Program-made: the position numbers and the translations under genes
From: Flavobacterium sp.
GTDB taxonomy: Bacteria; Bacteroidota; Bacteroidia; Flavobacteriales; Flavobacteriaceae
Reading direction: 5' to 3'
DNA: 64,000 nucleotides
Assembly (NCBI GenBank): GCA_035387925.1
Contig: DAOOOV010000013.1
Location: 182-64,181 of the forward strand
Notes under the pieces: generated by a model
Seen by the model: only the letters and a program-made list of their open reading frames with translations
The model's database searches: none
Told to the model about the DNA's origin: nothing
Shown: in pieces, positions 8,759 to 20,424 of the stretch
Layout of the letters: every line of letters begins with the position of its first letter
How positions within the stretch are numbered: position 1 is the stretch's first letter

Positions 8759-11231
8759 TATTAAAAAATTGATCCAATGCGCTCAAATCGGTGATATTGA
8801 CATTTCGTGCTTTGCTTCCCTCAAAAGGGCCAACGATTCCGGCGGCTTCGAGTTGGTCGATCAGTCGTCCGGCGCGGTTATAACCCAATTTCAGTTTGCG
8901 TTGCAGCAATGAAGCCGAGCCTTGCTGTGAGGTCACAATAATCTCTGCGGCTTCCCTAAATAGCGCATCTCTTTCAGAAATGTCCATATCAAGATTGATG
9001 CCACTCTCGCCTTCACCAACGTATTCAGGGAGCAGGTAAGCATTGGGATACGCCTTCTGCGAACCAATAAATTCTGTAATCTTTTCTACCTCAGGTGTGT
9101 CCACAAAAGCGCATTGCACGCGGATCACATCGTTTCCGTTAGAATACAACAAATCGCCTCGCCCGATGAGTTGATCGGCACCTTGCGTGTCCAAAATCGT
9201 ACGTGAATCGATCTTAGATGTCACGCGAAAAGCAATCCTCGCCGGGAAATTCGCTTTAATAATTCCCGTAATTACGTTCACCGATGGCCGTTGCGTAGCA
9301 ATAATCAAGTGGATTCCAATCGCTCTGGCGAGCTGGGCCAAACGAGCAATCGGTGTCTCTACTTCTTTTCCTGCGGTCATGATCAAATCGGCAAACTCAT
9401 CCACGACAAGTACTATATAAGGCAGGAAACGATGCCCATTCTCGGGATTGAGTTTGCGGTTCTTGAACTTTTCGTTGTACTCCTTGATATTGCGCACCAT
9501 CGCGTCTTTGAGCAGCGAATAGCGGTCGTCCATTTCTACGCAAAGCGAATTGAGCGTATTGATGACCTTGTTGTTATCGGTAATGATCGCATCGCCAGAA
9601 TCGGGTAGCTTGGCGAGATAATGTCTTTCTATTTTATTGAACAACGTGAGCTCGACTTTTTTCGGGTCGACGAGTACGAATTTCACCTCGGCCGGATGTT
9701 TCTTGTATAGCAACGAAGTCAATACCGCATTGAGCCCAACCGATTTTCCTTGCCCGGTTGCACCAGCCATGAGTAAGTGTGGCATCTTGGCGAGATCCAC
9801 GACGAAAGTTTCGTTAGAGATGGTTTTCCCGAGTGCAATGGGCAGTTCCATTTCGGCTTCCTGGAATTTCGCGGCACCGATGACACTTTTCATTGAAACC
9901 ATCGTTGGGTTTTTGTTCGGTACTTCGATACCGATGGTTCCCTTGCCCGGAATCGGCGCGATGATACGGATTCCCAAAGCCGAAAGTGACAACGCGATAT
10001 CGTCTTCAAGGCTCTTGATTTTTGAAATTCGGATTCCCGCTTCCGGTACAATTTCATACAAAGTCACCGACGGACCTACAGTAGCCTTAATCTGGGCAAT
10101 TTCAATTTTATAATTGCGTAGTGTTTCTACGATGTTGTTCTTGTTTTCCTCGAGTTCGGCCTGGTTGATGGTAATGCCGCCGCCCGAGTATTCCTTTAAT
10201 AAGTCAAGCGTAGGGAATTTGTAATTGGACAAATCCAAAGTAGGGTCGAACAAACCGAAATCTTCAACGAGTTTGGCCGCAAGATTTTCTTCAATAATGT
10301 CTTCTTCGGGTGCTTTCTCAATCGTGAACGCATCGTCGTTGGTATGAATGACCTCTGGTTCTGCGGGTTTTATTGGCGCAATCGGCGAAAGCGCGATCGG
10401 TTTTTCCTCAATCGGCTTGTCGGTATGTAAATGAATCTCAGACGGATGTTCTATCGTTGGTTTTAACGCGTCCTTGTTGATTTCAAACTGCGAGACCGGC
10501 TTTAATTCTGGCTCTGGAAAATCCTCTTCTTCAATTTCCATTACCTCTGATTTTACGGCAAATTCTTCTAGGTTATAGGCCTTTTCGGCTTCAGTCGATG
10601 GTGCCATCATCGTTTTTACAGAGGCAAGGCTTTCGTCGATTTCACTTTTGCTTTTTTCAAAAAACGATTTGACACTGTCGGGCGACACTTTAATTTTGAA
10701 AATCAGGTAAATGATGATGCCAAAAATCAAAACGAGCAATGTTCCGGTCTTGCCGATGTAATCCTGGGCAAATTGATTCATTTCATATCCTATCGTACCA
10801 CCGAGTTCGGGTAGAGAAGTGGCAAAAAATCCAAAGAGGATTGAAATGAGTACCATCGCGAACAAGTCCCAAAACCAAATATTCTTTAATTTTTTTAACG
10901 GGATGTCAAGCGCGAGGAAAGAACCAGTCAGGAAAAACAACTTGACCAAAAGGAAAGCGGCGACGCCAAATCCGCGATAGACAAAAAAGTCGGCGAGTAT
11001 GGCACCAAATTTTCCGAGCCAGTTGTGTACTTTTTCAGATCGGGCTAAGGTTCCCAGCGCGCTTTGGTCTTCATGACCGTAAATGAAAAAGGAAATAAAA
11101 GCCACGAGCAACGCGATGGCAAACAAGATGAGCAGTGCGCCCACAAGTAATTTATGCTGTCGGGTGATTTTCCATGTTTTCTTTGCCGAAGGGGCGGTTT
11201 TAGCTGCAGTTTCCTTTGTCGTTTTTGCCAT
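8745..11231 (-). CDS. ftsK: DNA translocase FtsK
   Basis: N-terminal 4-TM domain, MPHLLMAGATGQGKS, VVDEFADLIM, HLIIATQRPS, gamma domain SASLLQRKLKLGYNRAGR. Confidence 0.97.
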   Translation of the reverse strand: MAKTTKETAAKTAPSAKKTWKITRQHKLLVGALLILFAIALLVAFISFFIYGHEDQSALGTLARSEKVHNWLGKFGAILADFFVYRGFGVAAFLLVKLFFLTGSFLALDIPLKKLKNIWFWDLFAMVLISILFGFFATSLPELGGTIGYEMNQFAQDYIGKTGTLLVLIFGIIIYLIFKIKVSPDSVKSFFEKSKSEIDESLASVKTMMAPSTEAEKAYNLEEFAVKSEVMEIEEEDFPEPELKPVSQFEINKDALKPTIEHPSEIHLHTDKPIEEKPIALSPIAPIKPAEPEVIHTNDDAFTIEKAPEEDIIEENLAAKLVEDFGLFDPTLDLSNYKFPTLDLLKEYSGGGITINQAELEENKNNIVETLRNYKIEIAQIKATVGPSVTLYEIVPEAGIRISKIKSLEDDIALSLSALGIRIIAPIPGKGTIGIEVPNKNPTMVSMKSVIGAAKFQEAEMELPIALGKTISNETFVVDLAKMPHLLMAGATGQGKSVGLNAVLTSLLYKKHPAEVKFVLVDPKKVELTLFNKIERHYLAKLPDSGDAIITDNNKVINTLNSLCVEMDDRYSLLKDAMVRNIKEYNEKFKNRKLNPENGHRFLPYIVLVVDEFADLIMTAGKEVETPIARLAQLARAIGIHLIIATQRPSVNVITGIIKANFPARIAFRVTSKIDSRTILDTQGADQLIGRGDLLYSNGNDVIRVQCAFVDTPEVEKITEFIGSQKAYPNAYLLPEYVGEGESGINLDMDISERDALFREAAEIIVTSQQGSASLLQRKLKLGYNRAGRLIDQLEAAGIVGPFEGSKARNVNITDLSALDQFFNNEQN

Positions 11232-11281
11232 CCTGAGTTGAAATAATTGCTATAAAAATAGGGAAAAAATCGGATTTTGGA

Positions 11282-11656
11282 TTATAAAACTTTTGGCATA
11301 TAAATCATCAAACCGATAGCAATGGCGGTCATTGCCGCAAAAAATACCGCACCGGCAGCGATGTCTTTGATAAAGCCGATTTTTTCATGAAATTCGGGGT
11401 GGATAAAGTCTGCTATTTTCTCCACGGCGGTATTGAGCCCTTCTATACCAAGCACCAATCCGATGGCCAGCGTTTGCAGCATCCATTCGGTCATGGAGAT
11501 TTCAAAGTAAAAGCCCGCCACCACCATGAGTACGCCAATTGAGGCCTGTACCATTACACTGTGCTCTGTGGTGAGTAATTTTACGGCTCCTTTGAGCGCG
11601 AATCCCATACTCTTGAACCGGCCGCTAAAGAAAGTGTTGTCTTTTTCGAATGCCAT
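11282..11656 (-). CDS. dgkA: Diacylglycerol kinase (DgkA)/undecaprenol kinase family
   Basis: EGLNTAVEKIAD and IKDIAAGAV motifs, three TM helices. Confidence 0.88.
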   Translation of the reverse strand: MAFEKDNTFFSGRFKSMGFALKGAVKLLTTEHSVMVQASIGVLMVVAGFYFEISMTEWMLQTLAIGLVLGIEGLNTAVEKIADFIHPEFHEKIGFIKDIAAGAVFFAAMTAIAIGLMIYMPKVL

Positions 11657-11664
11657 CGCGAGGG

Positions 11665-12162
11665 TTATAATGCAGCCAAAGCGGCTTCGTAATTGGGTTC
11701 ATCACTGATGTTTCCTACTTGTTCGGTGTGGGTAATGACACCATTTTCATTGATGACCACCACCGCGCGCGAATGCAATCCGTTAAAAATACCTTCGGTG
11801 ATTTCAAGCCCGTAAGCCTTGCCAAAACTGCCGTCTACAAAATCAGAAAGACAGATAGCGTTATCGATACCTTCTACACCGCAAAAACGTTTCATGGCAA
11901 ATGGCAGGTCGCGCGCAATGCAAAGCACTTTGGTATTGGGCAGGTTGGCTGCGCGCTCATTGAATTTACGTACCGACATCGCGCAGGTACTCGTATCAAT
12001 GCTCGGAAAAATATTCAAAACCAGTTTATGGCCTTTGAAATCGTTGAGCGTTGCCACCGACAAATCGTTCCTGACGAGTTTAAAATCGGGCGCAGCGGTA
12101 TTTATTTTTGGCAGTTCGCCATTGGTGTGTATTGGATTTCCTCCTAAAATTATCGTAGCCAT
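11665..12162 (-). CDS. tpx: Thiol peroxidase (atypical 2-Cys peroxiredoxin)
   Basis: NIFPSIDTSTCAMS and DLPFAMKRFCG motifs. Confidence 0.95.
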   Translation of the reverse strand: MATIILGGNPIHTNGELPKINTAAPDFKLVRNDLSVATLNDFKGHKLVLNIFPSIDTSTCAMSVRKFNERAANLPNTKVLCIARDLPFAMKRFCGVEGIDNAICLSDFVDGSFGKAYGLEITEGIFNGLHSRAVVVINENGVITHTEQVGNISDEPNYEAALAAL

Positions 12163-12259
12163 AGGTTGTTTTTTTTACTGCCCAAAAGTAAGGATTTATT
12201 TGCGGAGATAAAACACCAAAGACGATATTGCCGAATTCTCACCTGCAATAAAAAAAACA

Positions 12260-12300
12260 AAAAAACATCGCACTGGTTATGGCCGGTACGATGTCTTTTT
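12260..12300. terminator. Hairpin terminator downstream of the ahpC-trx-DUF operon
   Basis: A-run, ACATCG..CGATGT stem, T-run. Confidence 0.55.
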
Positions 12301-12314
12301 GAAATTGGATAAAA

Positions 12315-12572
12315 TTACTTGTCTATCGAGCCCAAAACCCGTTGCATGAAAGCATTTAGCGCTTGTTTTTTATCGGTTCCAGACTGGATGAGTTTGTGTA
12401 CTTCGAGTGCGCCATACATATTAGAGATGAGTTCGCCAATCACATCGAGTTCTTCATCTTTGAGCGAGGGAACTTCGGTGAGCGCCTCGAGTACTTCAAT
12501 GGTTTCAATGAGGTAATCGGCATCATTGTCTTCAATGAATTGCGTGAGTTGTTTGATTACCGGAAGCTTCAT
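12315..12572 (-). CDS. Conserved Flavobacteriia acidic small protein (DUF6952-like)
   Basis: MKLPVIKQL...EELDVIGELISNMYGALEV; translationally coupled to the thioredoxin gene. Confidence 0.75.
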   Translation of the reverse strand: MKLPVIKQLTQFIEDNDADYLIETIEVLEALTEVPSLKDEELDVIGELISNMYGALEVHKLIQSGTDKKQALNAFMQRVLGSIDK

Positions 12573-12877
12573 ACGATTTCGTTTACAAGGTCGTTAAGCA
12601 CTTCGGCTTTGTTGGTCTGCGTTTCGTTGGTAAGTTTCCCGTTGACGAAAGTCGCAAAAGTGGGCAGGTTAGATACATTGGCCAGCTTCCTCGACTCGGG
12701 TGCATTTTCTGCATCCACCAAAACAAAAGTGATATTGTCATTCTCGGCAGCCAGCTTCTTGAACTTTGGTTTCATGATCCGGCAGTTGCCACACCACGAA
12801 GCCGAGTATTGCACGACTACTTTTTCGTTGGTGTTGACGATATTTTGAAGGGTGTCTTCGTTTAATTCTATGAGCAT
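12569..12877 (-). CDS. Thioredoxin family protein
   Basis: 102 aa, WCGNC active site, cis-Pro motif LPTF. Confidence 0.92.
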   Translation of the reverse strand: MLIELNEDTLQNIVNTNEKVVVQYSASWCGNCRIMKPKFKKLAAENDNITFVLVDAENAPESRKLANVSNLPTFATFVNGKLTNETQTNKAEVLNDLVNEIV

Positions 12878-12891
12878 ATTTTTAGATTTTG

Positions 12892-12996
12892 AGACACGGC
12901 TGCGCCTTTGGACACGCCCTTTGGGTTTTGGACGCGCTGCGCTTTAGACAGTAAGATCAGTCAAAAGCGCCGCGTGTCTAAAGTGAAACGTGTCTG
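12892..12996. repeat. REP-like inverted array of ~16-nt AGACACGCTGCGCTTT units (copy 1)
   Basis: Three to four direct units at 12892-12949 and inverted units at 12962-12996; same family as 37931-38087. Confidence 0.8.
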
Positions 12997-12997
12997 A

Positions 12998-13636
12998 TTA
13001 ATTGGCCGATAAATACGCAGCAGTACTATTCCTATCCGCGCTCATAGCCTCTTTACCGCTTTCCCAGTTGGCCGGGCAAACTTCACCTTTGGTTTGGATG
13101 TGGGTGTAGGCATCAATCAGTCGCAAGAATTCGTTTACGTTCCTGCCCAGTGGCATATCGTTGACGCTTTCGTGGAAGATTTTTCCGGTTTCATCTATCA
13201 GGTAGGTGGCGCGGAAAGTGACATTAGAACCCTCTATCATGATTGAGTCTGTCTCTTCGCTGTAACTTGTAGAATCGATATCTAAGATACCAAGGATATT
13301 GGATAGGTTTCTGTTGGTGTCGGCAAGAATTGGGTAGGTAACGCCTTCAATACCACCCGCATTTTTTGGTGTGTTGAGCCAGGCAAAGTGCACTTCATTG
13401 GTGTCGCAAGAAGCGCCGATTACCATAGTATTGCGTTTCTCGAATTCTTGTAAAGCCGCCTGGAATGCGTGCAACTCGGTAGGGCAAACAAAAGTAAAAT
13501 CTTTCGGGTACCAGAACAAGATTACTTTTTTGTTGTTTTGTACCGCCTCATCCAGCACGTTGATTTTTAAATTATCGCCCATAAAAGAGATGGCGTCTAC
13601 GGTAATGCTTGGGAATTTTTTTCCTACTAGTGACAT
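12998..13636 (-). CDS. ahpC: Typical 2-Cys peroxiredoxin (AhpC/TSA)
   Basis: FWYPKDFTFVCPTE and EVCPANW motifs; ATG at 13636 preferred. Confidence 0.95.
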   Translation of the reverse strand: MSLVGKKFPSITVDAISFMGDNLKINVLDEAVQNNKKVILFWYPKDFTFVCPTELHAFQAALQEFEKRNTMVIGASCDTNEVHFAWLNTPKNAGGIEGVTYPILADTNRNLSNILGILDIDSTSYSEETDSIMIEGSNVTFRATYLIDETGKIFHESVNDMPLGRNVNEFLRLIDAYTHIQTKGEVCPANWESGKEAMSADRNSTAAYLSAN

Positions 13637-13672
13637 AATGTATATGGTTTTTAAAATTATTATTTGATGGCG

Positions 13673-13680
13673 CAAAATTA
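13673..13680 (-). promoter_or_regulatory. Bacteroidetes housekeeping-sigma -7 element of ahpC
   Basis: TAATTTTG on the minus strand matches TAnnTTTG. Confidence 0.65.
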
Positions 13681-13713
13681 GGCATAAAGTAGTTTTGTTT
13701 TTATAAATTAAAC

Positions 13714-13749
13714 ATTCTATTTCGCTATCAATAGATAGTTTTGGGTTAT
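13714..13749 (-). promoter_or_regulatory. Putative OxyR-type operator upstream of ahpC
   Basis: Minus strand ATAA-N7-CTAT-N6-ATAG-N7-GAAT; same geometry as the katG box. Confidence 0.6.
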
Positions 13750-13760
13750 TCAAAGCACAA

Positions 13761-13897
13761 TCCGGCTGTACGCTATAGCTTTTGTTCTAAAATGCTTTTT
13801 TGAAACCAGCGTAAAGCGCTTCGGTTGGTCGCGTTTGCGCTGGGCAAAAAATGCATTTTACTCTCAAAAGGCTGCCGCTGCCATCCGGGCTAGGCTC
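13761..13897 (+). repeat. Flavo-1-like structured intergenic repeat with a long apical hairpin
   Basis: GGCTGTACGCTATAGCTTTTG...CAAAAGGCTGCCGCTGCCATCC with nested stems TAAAATGC/GCATTTTA and CCAGCG/CGCTGG. Confidence 0.7.
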
Positions 13898-14157
13898 GGC
13901 ACTCCAAAGATTTACTGCGGCACATTAACATTTGATGCAGAAATGCTGCTTTGACGATTTGCAGGGAATTAGTAGATTGCCTTCAGGGAAGGGGCGGTAA
14001 CGTCCCTATAAATTTTAAAAATATCCGAAATGCAGGAAAACTGGAAGATTTCATAAAGTTTCATTTGTGCCCAATCATCAAGTCATCGATTCTGTTCCAA
14101 ATTGAATAAATGTCATGAGTAATTGCGGGTTCATTTTTACATTTGATTCCTCCCAAT

Positions 14158-14188
14158 AAAAAAGCGTCCCGATAATGGAACGCTCTTT
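14158..14188 (-). terminator. katG terminator
   Basis: AGCGT(c)CC..GGAACGCT hairpin with an A-run on the plus strand (U-tract on minus). Confidence 0.6.
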
Positions 14189-14242
14189 AAATTTGTTTGT
14201 ATTATTCGGCTGCGCCTTGGGCGGAGCAATTTAGTAGCAACA

Positions 14243-16534
<2,292 letters not shown>

Positions 16535-16568
16535 TTAGCCTTTCTTTTGCTATGCGCGAAGCGTTTTA

Positions 16569-16604
16569 ATTTAATATTACTATCCGTTAATCGTCAAAAT
16601 TTAT
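16569..16604 (-). promoter_or_regulatory. Putative OxyR-type operator upstream of katG
   Basis: Minus strand ATAA-N7-CGAT-N6-ATAG-N7-AAAT. Confidence 0.6.
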
Positions 16605-16613
16605 GTTTGCTAT

Positions 16614-16646
16614 TTTGAGTGCCCTGTCTTTTCTTTTATATATTTG
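16614..16646 (+). promoter_or_regulatory. Housekeeping promoter (-33/-7) of the APC permease
   Basis: TTTG-N21-TATATTTG. Confidence 0.6.
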
Positions 16647-16672
16647 TTTGCAACAGACAGCAACAAGAAATT

Positions 16673-18592
16673 ATGGCATTCAACGACTTATTTAGAAAGA
16701 AAACCGTACAGGACATTCTTAAACAGGTAGCGCAAAATGAATCAGAAGGGCATCATTCGCTCGGCAAACATTTAACCACAAGGGATTTAACGGCATTTGG
16801 TATTGCAGCGATAGTGGGCGCGGGGATTTTTAGCACTATCGGTAAGGCAAGTGCCGATGGTGGGCCAGCAGTAATCTTCTTGTTTCTTTTCACGGCAATG
16901 GCTTGTGGCTTTGCGGCTTTTGCTTATGCCGAATTTGCATCGATGGTTCCCGTTTCCGGAAGTGCATACACTTATTCTTATGTAGCTTTTGGAGAAATCA
17001 TCGCCTGGATTATTGGCTGGGCACTGATTATGGAATACGCCATTGGTAACATCACCGTCGCTATTTCGTGGAGCGATTATTTTACGGGTTTGCTCGAAGG
17101 GATGAACATTCACCTGCCGCAATATGTACAAATGGATTACCTGACCGCCTCCAACAGTTTCAGGGATGCCACGGCGCTTATGCAGGGCGGGAAATCATTT
17201 GAAAACCTTAGCGCCGGGCTGCAGAGCGCTTATACCGCCTGGACCACCGCTCCAACCATAGGATCGTTTCATTTGGTAGCCGATTTGCCGGCTTTGTTCA
17301 TCATAGTTGTCATCACCGCTTTGGTATACCGCGGTATGAAAGAATCGAGAAATGCCAGCAACTTAATGGTGGTGGTAAAGTTGTGCATCATCCTGTTAGT
17401 GATTGCTGTCGGCGTTTTTTATGTGGATACCAATAACTGGCATCCGTTTGCGCCTAATGGCGTATCGGGCGTGCTTAAAGGCGTTTCGGCGGTCTTCTTT
17501 GCCTATATTGGTTTTGATGCGATTTCGACCACTGCCGAGGAATGTAAGAATCCGCAACGCGATTTGCCGCGCGGTATGATGTGGGCCATCATTATTTGTA
17601 CCCTTCTATACATTGTCATCGCTTTGGTGCTCACCGGAATGGTTAATTATTCGGAGCTTAATGTTGGTGATCCCCTGGCATTTGTGTTCCAAAAACTCAA
17701 TATGCAATGGATGTCGGGGATCATAGCCGTAAGTGCTGTCGTCGCTATGGCCAGTGTACTTTTGGTTTTCCAGATGGGACAGCCGCGAATCTGGATGAGC
17801 ATGAGCCGCGACGGATTGCTGCCAAAACGGTACTCTCGGGTTCACCCTAAATTCAAGACACCCTCGTATGCGACTATTGTTACCGGTTTCGTGGTTGCAG
17901 TTCCGGCCTTGTTCCTGAATTTGACTATGGTGACCGATCTGTGCAGTATAGGCACCTTGTTTGCATTTGTACTGGTTTGCGCTGGCGTTTTGGTGCTCCA
18001 GAACAAGCCGGGCATACCTCGTGGAAAATTCAAAACGCCTTATATAAACGCCAAGTACATTGCGCCGATTTTGTTGCTGGGCGGGCTGGTTTTTGCCTTT
18101 GTTTATAATAAGCAATCCACCATGGATTTTCTCACCAATGAAAAACAAATCAATACGCCCGAAGCGATTGTTACTGCACTGAGTCAAACCGATACCAAGA
18201 TTGTTTACGAATACCTGATTGCCAAAAATGAAAATGACGCTACCATTACAGATCTTGAAGCACTCTTGAGCAAGTACAGCGAAGATGATGTCGTTTATAG
18301 AAATACGATAGACAGTTTGCCTATCGCCGAATCTGTTAAGTACGAAAGCGGTTTTGCCTTATTCAAACACAAAATCCCGATGTGGATATTTTTGGTAGTG
18401 CTTATTGGGCTCGTGATTTGGGCAATTAGAGAAAACCTGTCGCTTATTCCGTTGCTTGGGTTGGTGTCGTGCCTCTACATGATGGCCGAACTCAGTGTCT
18501 GGAATTGGATTTATTTTACTTGCTGGTTGCTCATCGGGCTAATGATCTACTTTGGGTTTAGCAGGAAAAACAGCAAACTCAACAACGCATAA
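16673..18592 (+). CDS. APC family amino acid permease (cationic amino acid transporter-like)
   Basis: GIAAIVGAGIF, GSAYTYSY, FFAYIGFDAIST, EECKNPQRDLP motifs; ATG at 16673 preferred. Confidence 0.93.
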   Translation: MAFNDLFRKKTVQDILKQVAQNESEGHHSLGKHLTTRDLTAFGIAAIVGAGIFSTIGKASADGGPAVIFLFLFTAMACGFAAFAYAEFASMVPVSGSAYTYSYVAFGEIIAWIIGWALIMEYAIGNITVAISWSDYFTGLLEGMNIHLPQYVQMDYLTASNSFRDATALMQGGKSFENLSAGLQSAYTAWTTAPTIGSFHLVADLPALFIIVVITALVYRGMKESRNASNLMVVVKLCIILLVIAVGVFYVDTNNWHPFAPNGVSGVLKGVSAVFFAYIGFDAISTTAEECKNPQRDLPRGMMWAIIICTLLYIVIALVLTGMVNYSELNVGDPLAFVFQKLNMQWMSGIIAVSAVVAMASVLLVFQMGQPRIWMSMSRDGLLPKRYSRVHPKFKTPSYATIVTGFVVAVPALFLNLTMVTDLCSIGTLFAFVLVCAGVLVLQNKPGIPRGKFKTPYINAKYIAPILLLGGLVFAFVYNKQSTMDFLTNEKQINTPEAIVTALSQTDTKIVYEYLIAKNENDATITDLEALLSKYSEDDVVYRNTIDSLPIAESVKYESGFALFKHKIPMWIFLVVLIGLVIWAIRENLSLIPLLGLVSCLYMMAELSVWNWIYFTCWLLIGLMIYFGFSRKNSKLNNA

Positions 18593-18626
18593 AAAAAGCC
18601 GTTAGGAACATCGTTGTACGGCTTTT
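18592..18626. terminator. Bidirectional terminator between convergent genes
   Basis: AAAAAAGCCGT...ACGGCTTTT. Confidence 0.65.
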
Positions 18627-18654
18627 GGTTTATGTGACTGCAGTTGGGCGCTTG

Positions 18655-20073
18655 TTACAGCTTGATAAACTTTTTGGTGATTTTGCCTTGGTCGGCGACC
18701 ATTTCAATGAGGTAACTTCCCGATTGGAGCGCCGATACATCCAAAGACATAGCGGGTGACAATTGTTTTTCTCCGACAGTTTGAACGAGTTGTCCCAAAG
18801 TGTTGTAAATCCTTGCCGACTGCAACGTGATTCTTTCGTTGGTTTCTACTTTTAGTACTTGCTGAACGGGGTTCGGGTAGCATTTGATCCCATTGTTTTT
18901 TTCAAAATCTTCGGTCGCTAAAGGATTGTAAAATACGGTCGAAACCGGATTGGTCGTAATCGGAAAATTGAAATCAAAATAAATCTTGGCCTGGTTAAGT
19001 ACCACATCACCAGCCTGGATACCGGCAATCGGCCTGATCTGAAAGCTCACGTATCCGTGGCTGTTGGGTTCATCCACCGACGCGGCGGGCAGGTTGATAT
19101 TATCAAATGCAAATTCAATCTTATTGGCCGCCAAGGTCACGTGACAAGGATGGCTTAAAAAAACCATTTGTAAGGTATTGATATCGAGTTTGTCAGACAA
19201 AAGGTCGGTGATGACGACATCTTCTGCAACTTCGTTGCCCGTATTCTGGAACCGGATGGTGTATTGCAACGGAAACGGATGGTTGTTTACCGGCTGAGAC
19301 GAAGAAGAAACGCTTTTTTCATTGGGATCATACGATCCGGTAACAGTCTGTGAAAGCACCGTGTGGTTGTTGGTGCTGGCTTCATCGCTGTCTTCGGGCG
19401 TGATGTGCGCGGTACATTCAACAATGTCACCTATGTTTACTGCAGGAGTTTCCATAGGCGAGTTTACGTTTAAGGTTAGCGCAATCTCCCGGGTTTCAAA
19501 AGGTTTGAGGTTGGAGTATGTCCAGTTCAGTGCGGCAAAAGTGCTTACCGCCTGCGGACTGGCCATGACAAAGTCGAGTAAGTTTTCGTTGTAATTGAAA
19601 GTGATGTTCCCGTCAATGGTGGTTGTTCCCTTATTTTTATACACAATCTTATACAAAGCGTCAAATCCCGGGCGAACTGCCGATACAGGAACAATGCTAA
19701 TCTCAACATCCTCGTGCGTACCATTGGGTAAAATACAAAAACCAGCGATGGCACTATTGCCCAAACCCTGGAAAGTGCAGGTGAAGGATTCTGGCGAGAG
19801 GTGGTAATACGGATTGTCGAATTGCGGCATCACCGTAATATTTTGCTCAGGACTGTTAAAAGTATAATTGCCATTCCCGTCGCAAAAAGTCGTGCCGCTC
19901 GATTGCGCGCCATGCATAATTTTTATTGGAATTGAAATCGCAGGTGTGTCTGACAGGCTGCAACCATTGTCGTCGGCGTCAATTCTAATGCTTCCGCTGA
20001 TCGTGTTGTAATCGATCTGCGCGAAACCCGAAAATGCAATCAAAAGCCCTATCGCTAATAATAACTTCTTCAT
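18655..20073 (-). CDS. T9SS type A C-terminal-domain cargo protein with DUF11/DUF7619-like Ig domains
   Basis: Signal peptide MKKLLLAIG, TGSYDPNEK, YTIRFQNTG, AKIYFDFNFPITTN, and CTD YPNPV...GSYLIEM...KKFIKL. Confidence 0.88.
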   Translation of the reverse strand: MKKLLLAIGLLIAFSGFAQIDYNTISGSIRIDADDNGCSLSDTPAISIPIKIMHGAQSSGTTFCDGNGNYTFNSPEQNITVMPQFDNPYYHLSPESFTCTFQGLGNSAIAGFCILPNGTHEDVEISIVPVSAVRPGFDALYKIVYKNKGTTTIDGNITFNYNENLLDFVMASPQAVSTFAALNWTYSNLKPFETREIALTLNVNSPMETPAVNIGDIVECTAHITPEDSDEASTNNHTVLSQTVTGSYDPNEKSVSSSSQPVNNHPFPLQYTIRFQNTGNEVAEDVVITDLLSDKLDINTLQMVFLSHPCHVTLAANKIEFAFDNINLPAASVDEPNSHGYVSFQIRPIAGIQAGDVVLNQAKIYFDFNFPITTNPVSTVFYNPLATEDFEKNNGIKCYPNPVQQVLKVETNERITLQSARIYNTLGQLVQTVGEKQLSPAMSLDVSALQSGSYLIEMVADQGKITKKFIKL

Positions 20074-20424
20074 TAGAATTTGTTTTTTGCGTTTTGCCAC
20101 CTGTTCAAAAAACAAGTAAACACGTTTTATAAAGATTTAAGCCTATGGTCTTTAATCGACAGGATTTTAAGGTAGCTAATTTAACATTTTATTTAGAAAG
20201 ACAATAAATTTGTGGAGAAATCATTGCGATTAAATTCAAACTCCTTTAAAAAATCCTGAAATGCAGACAAAATTGAGTTGCTCCAGTCCTTGATATATAA
20301 GGAATTTCTGCATTGATTTTCGTTTTGACGTGCGCAACAATATTTTCACTTCAACTTCTTACCAAACTTATAAACAAAAAACTGTAATTTTGCTACACTT
20401 TTTAAACACAAAAAACAATATACC

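Noticed and set aside
12892-12996. Repeat arrays as a possible CRISPR (also 37931-38087 and 43689-43750)
   Set aside because: Units are 7-16 nt with no unique spacers, partly inverted, and there are no cas genes.
13900-14150. Unexplained 250-bp AT-rich gap after katG with short ORFs of 21-31 codons
   Set aside because: No convincing initiation context, family motif or stable structure; cannot support a gene or RNA.
20255-20320. Imperfect nested hairpin (AATGCAG...CTGCATT with inner TCCTT/AAGGA) in the divergent lpdA intergenic region, weakly similar to about 14020-14045
   Set aside because: The similarity is short and AT-rich and could be chance.
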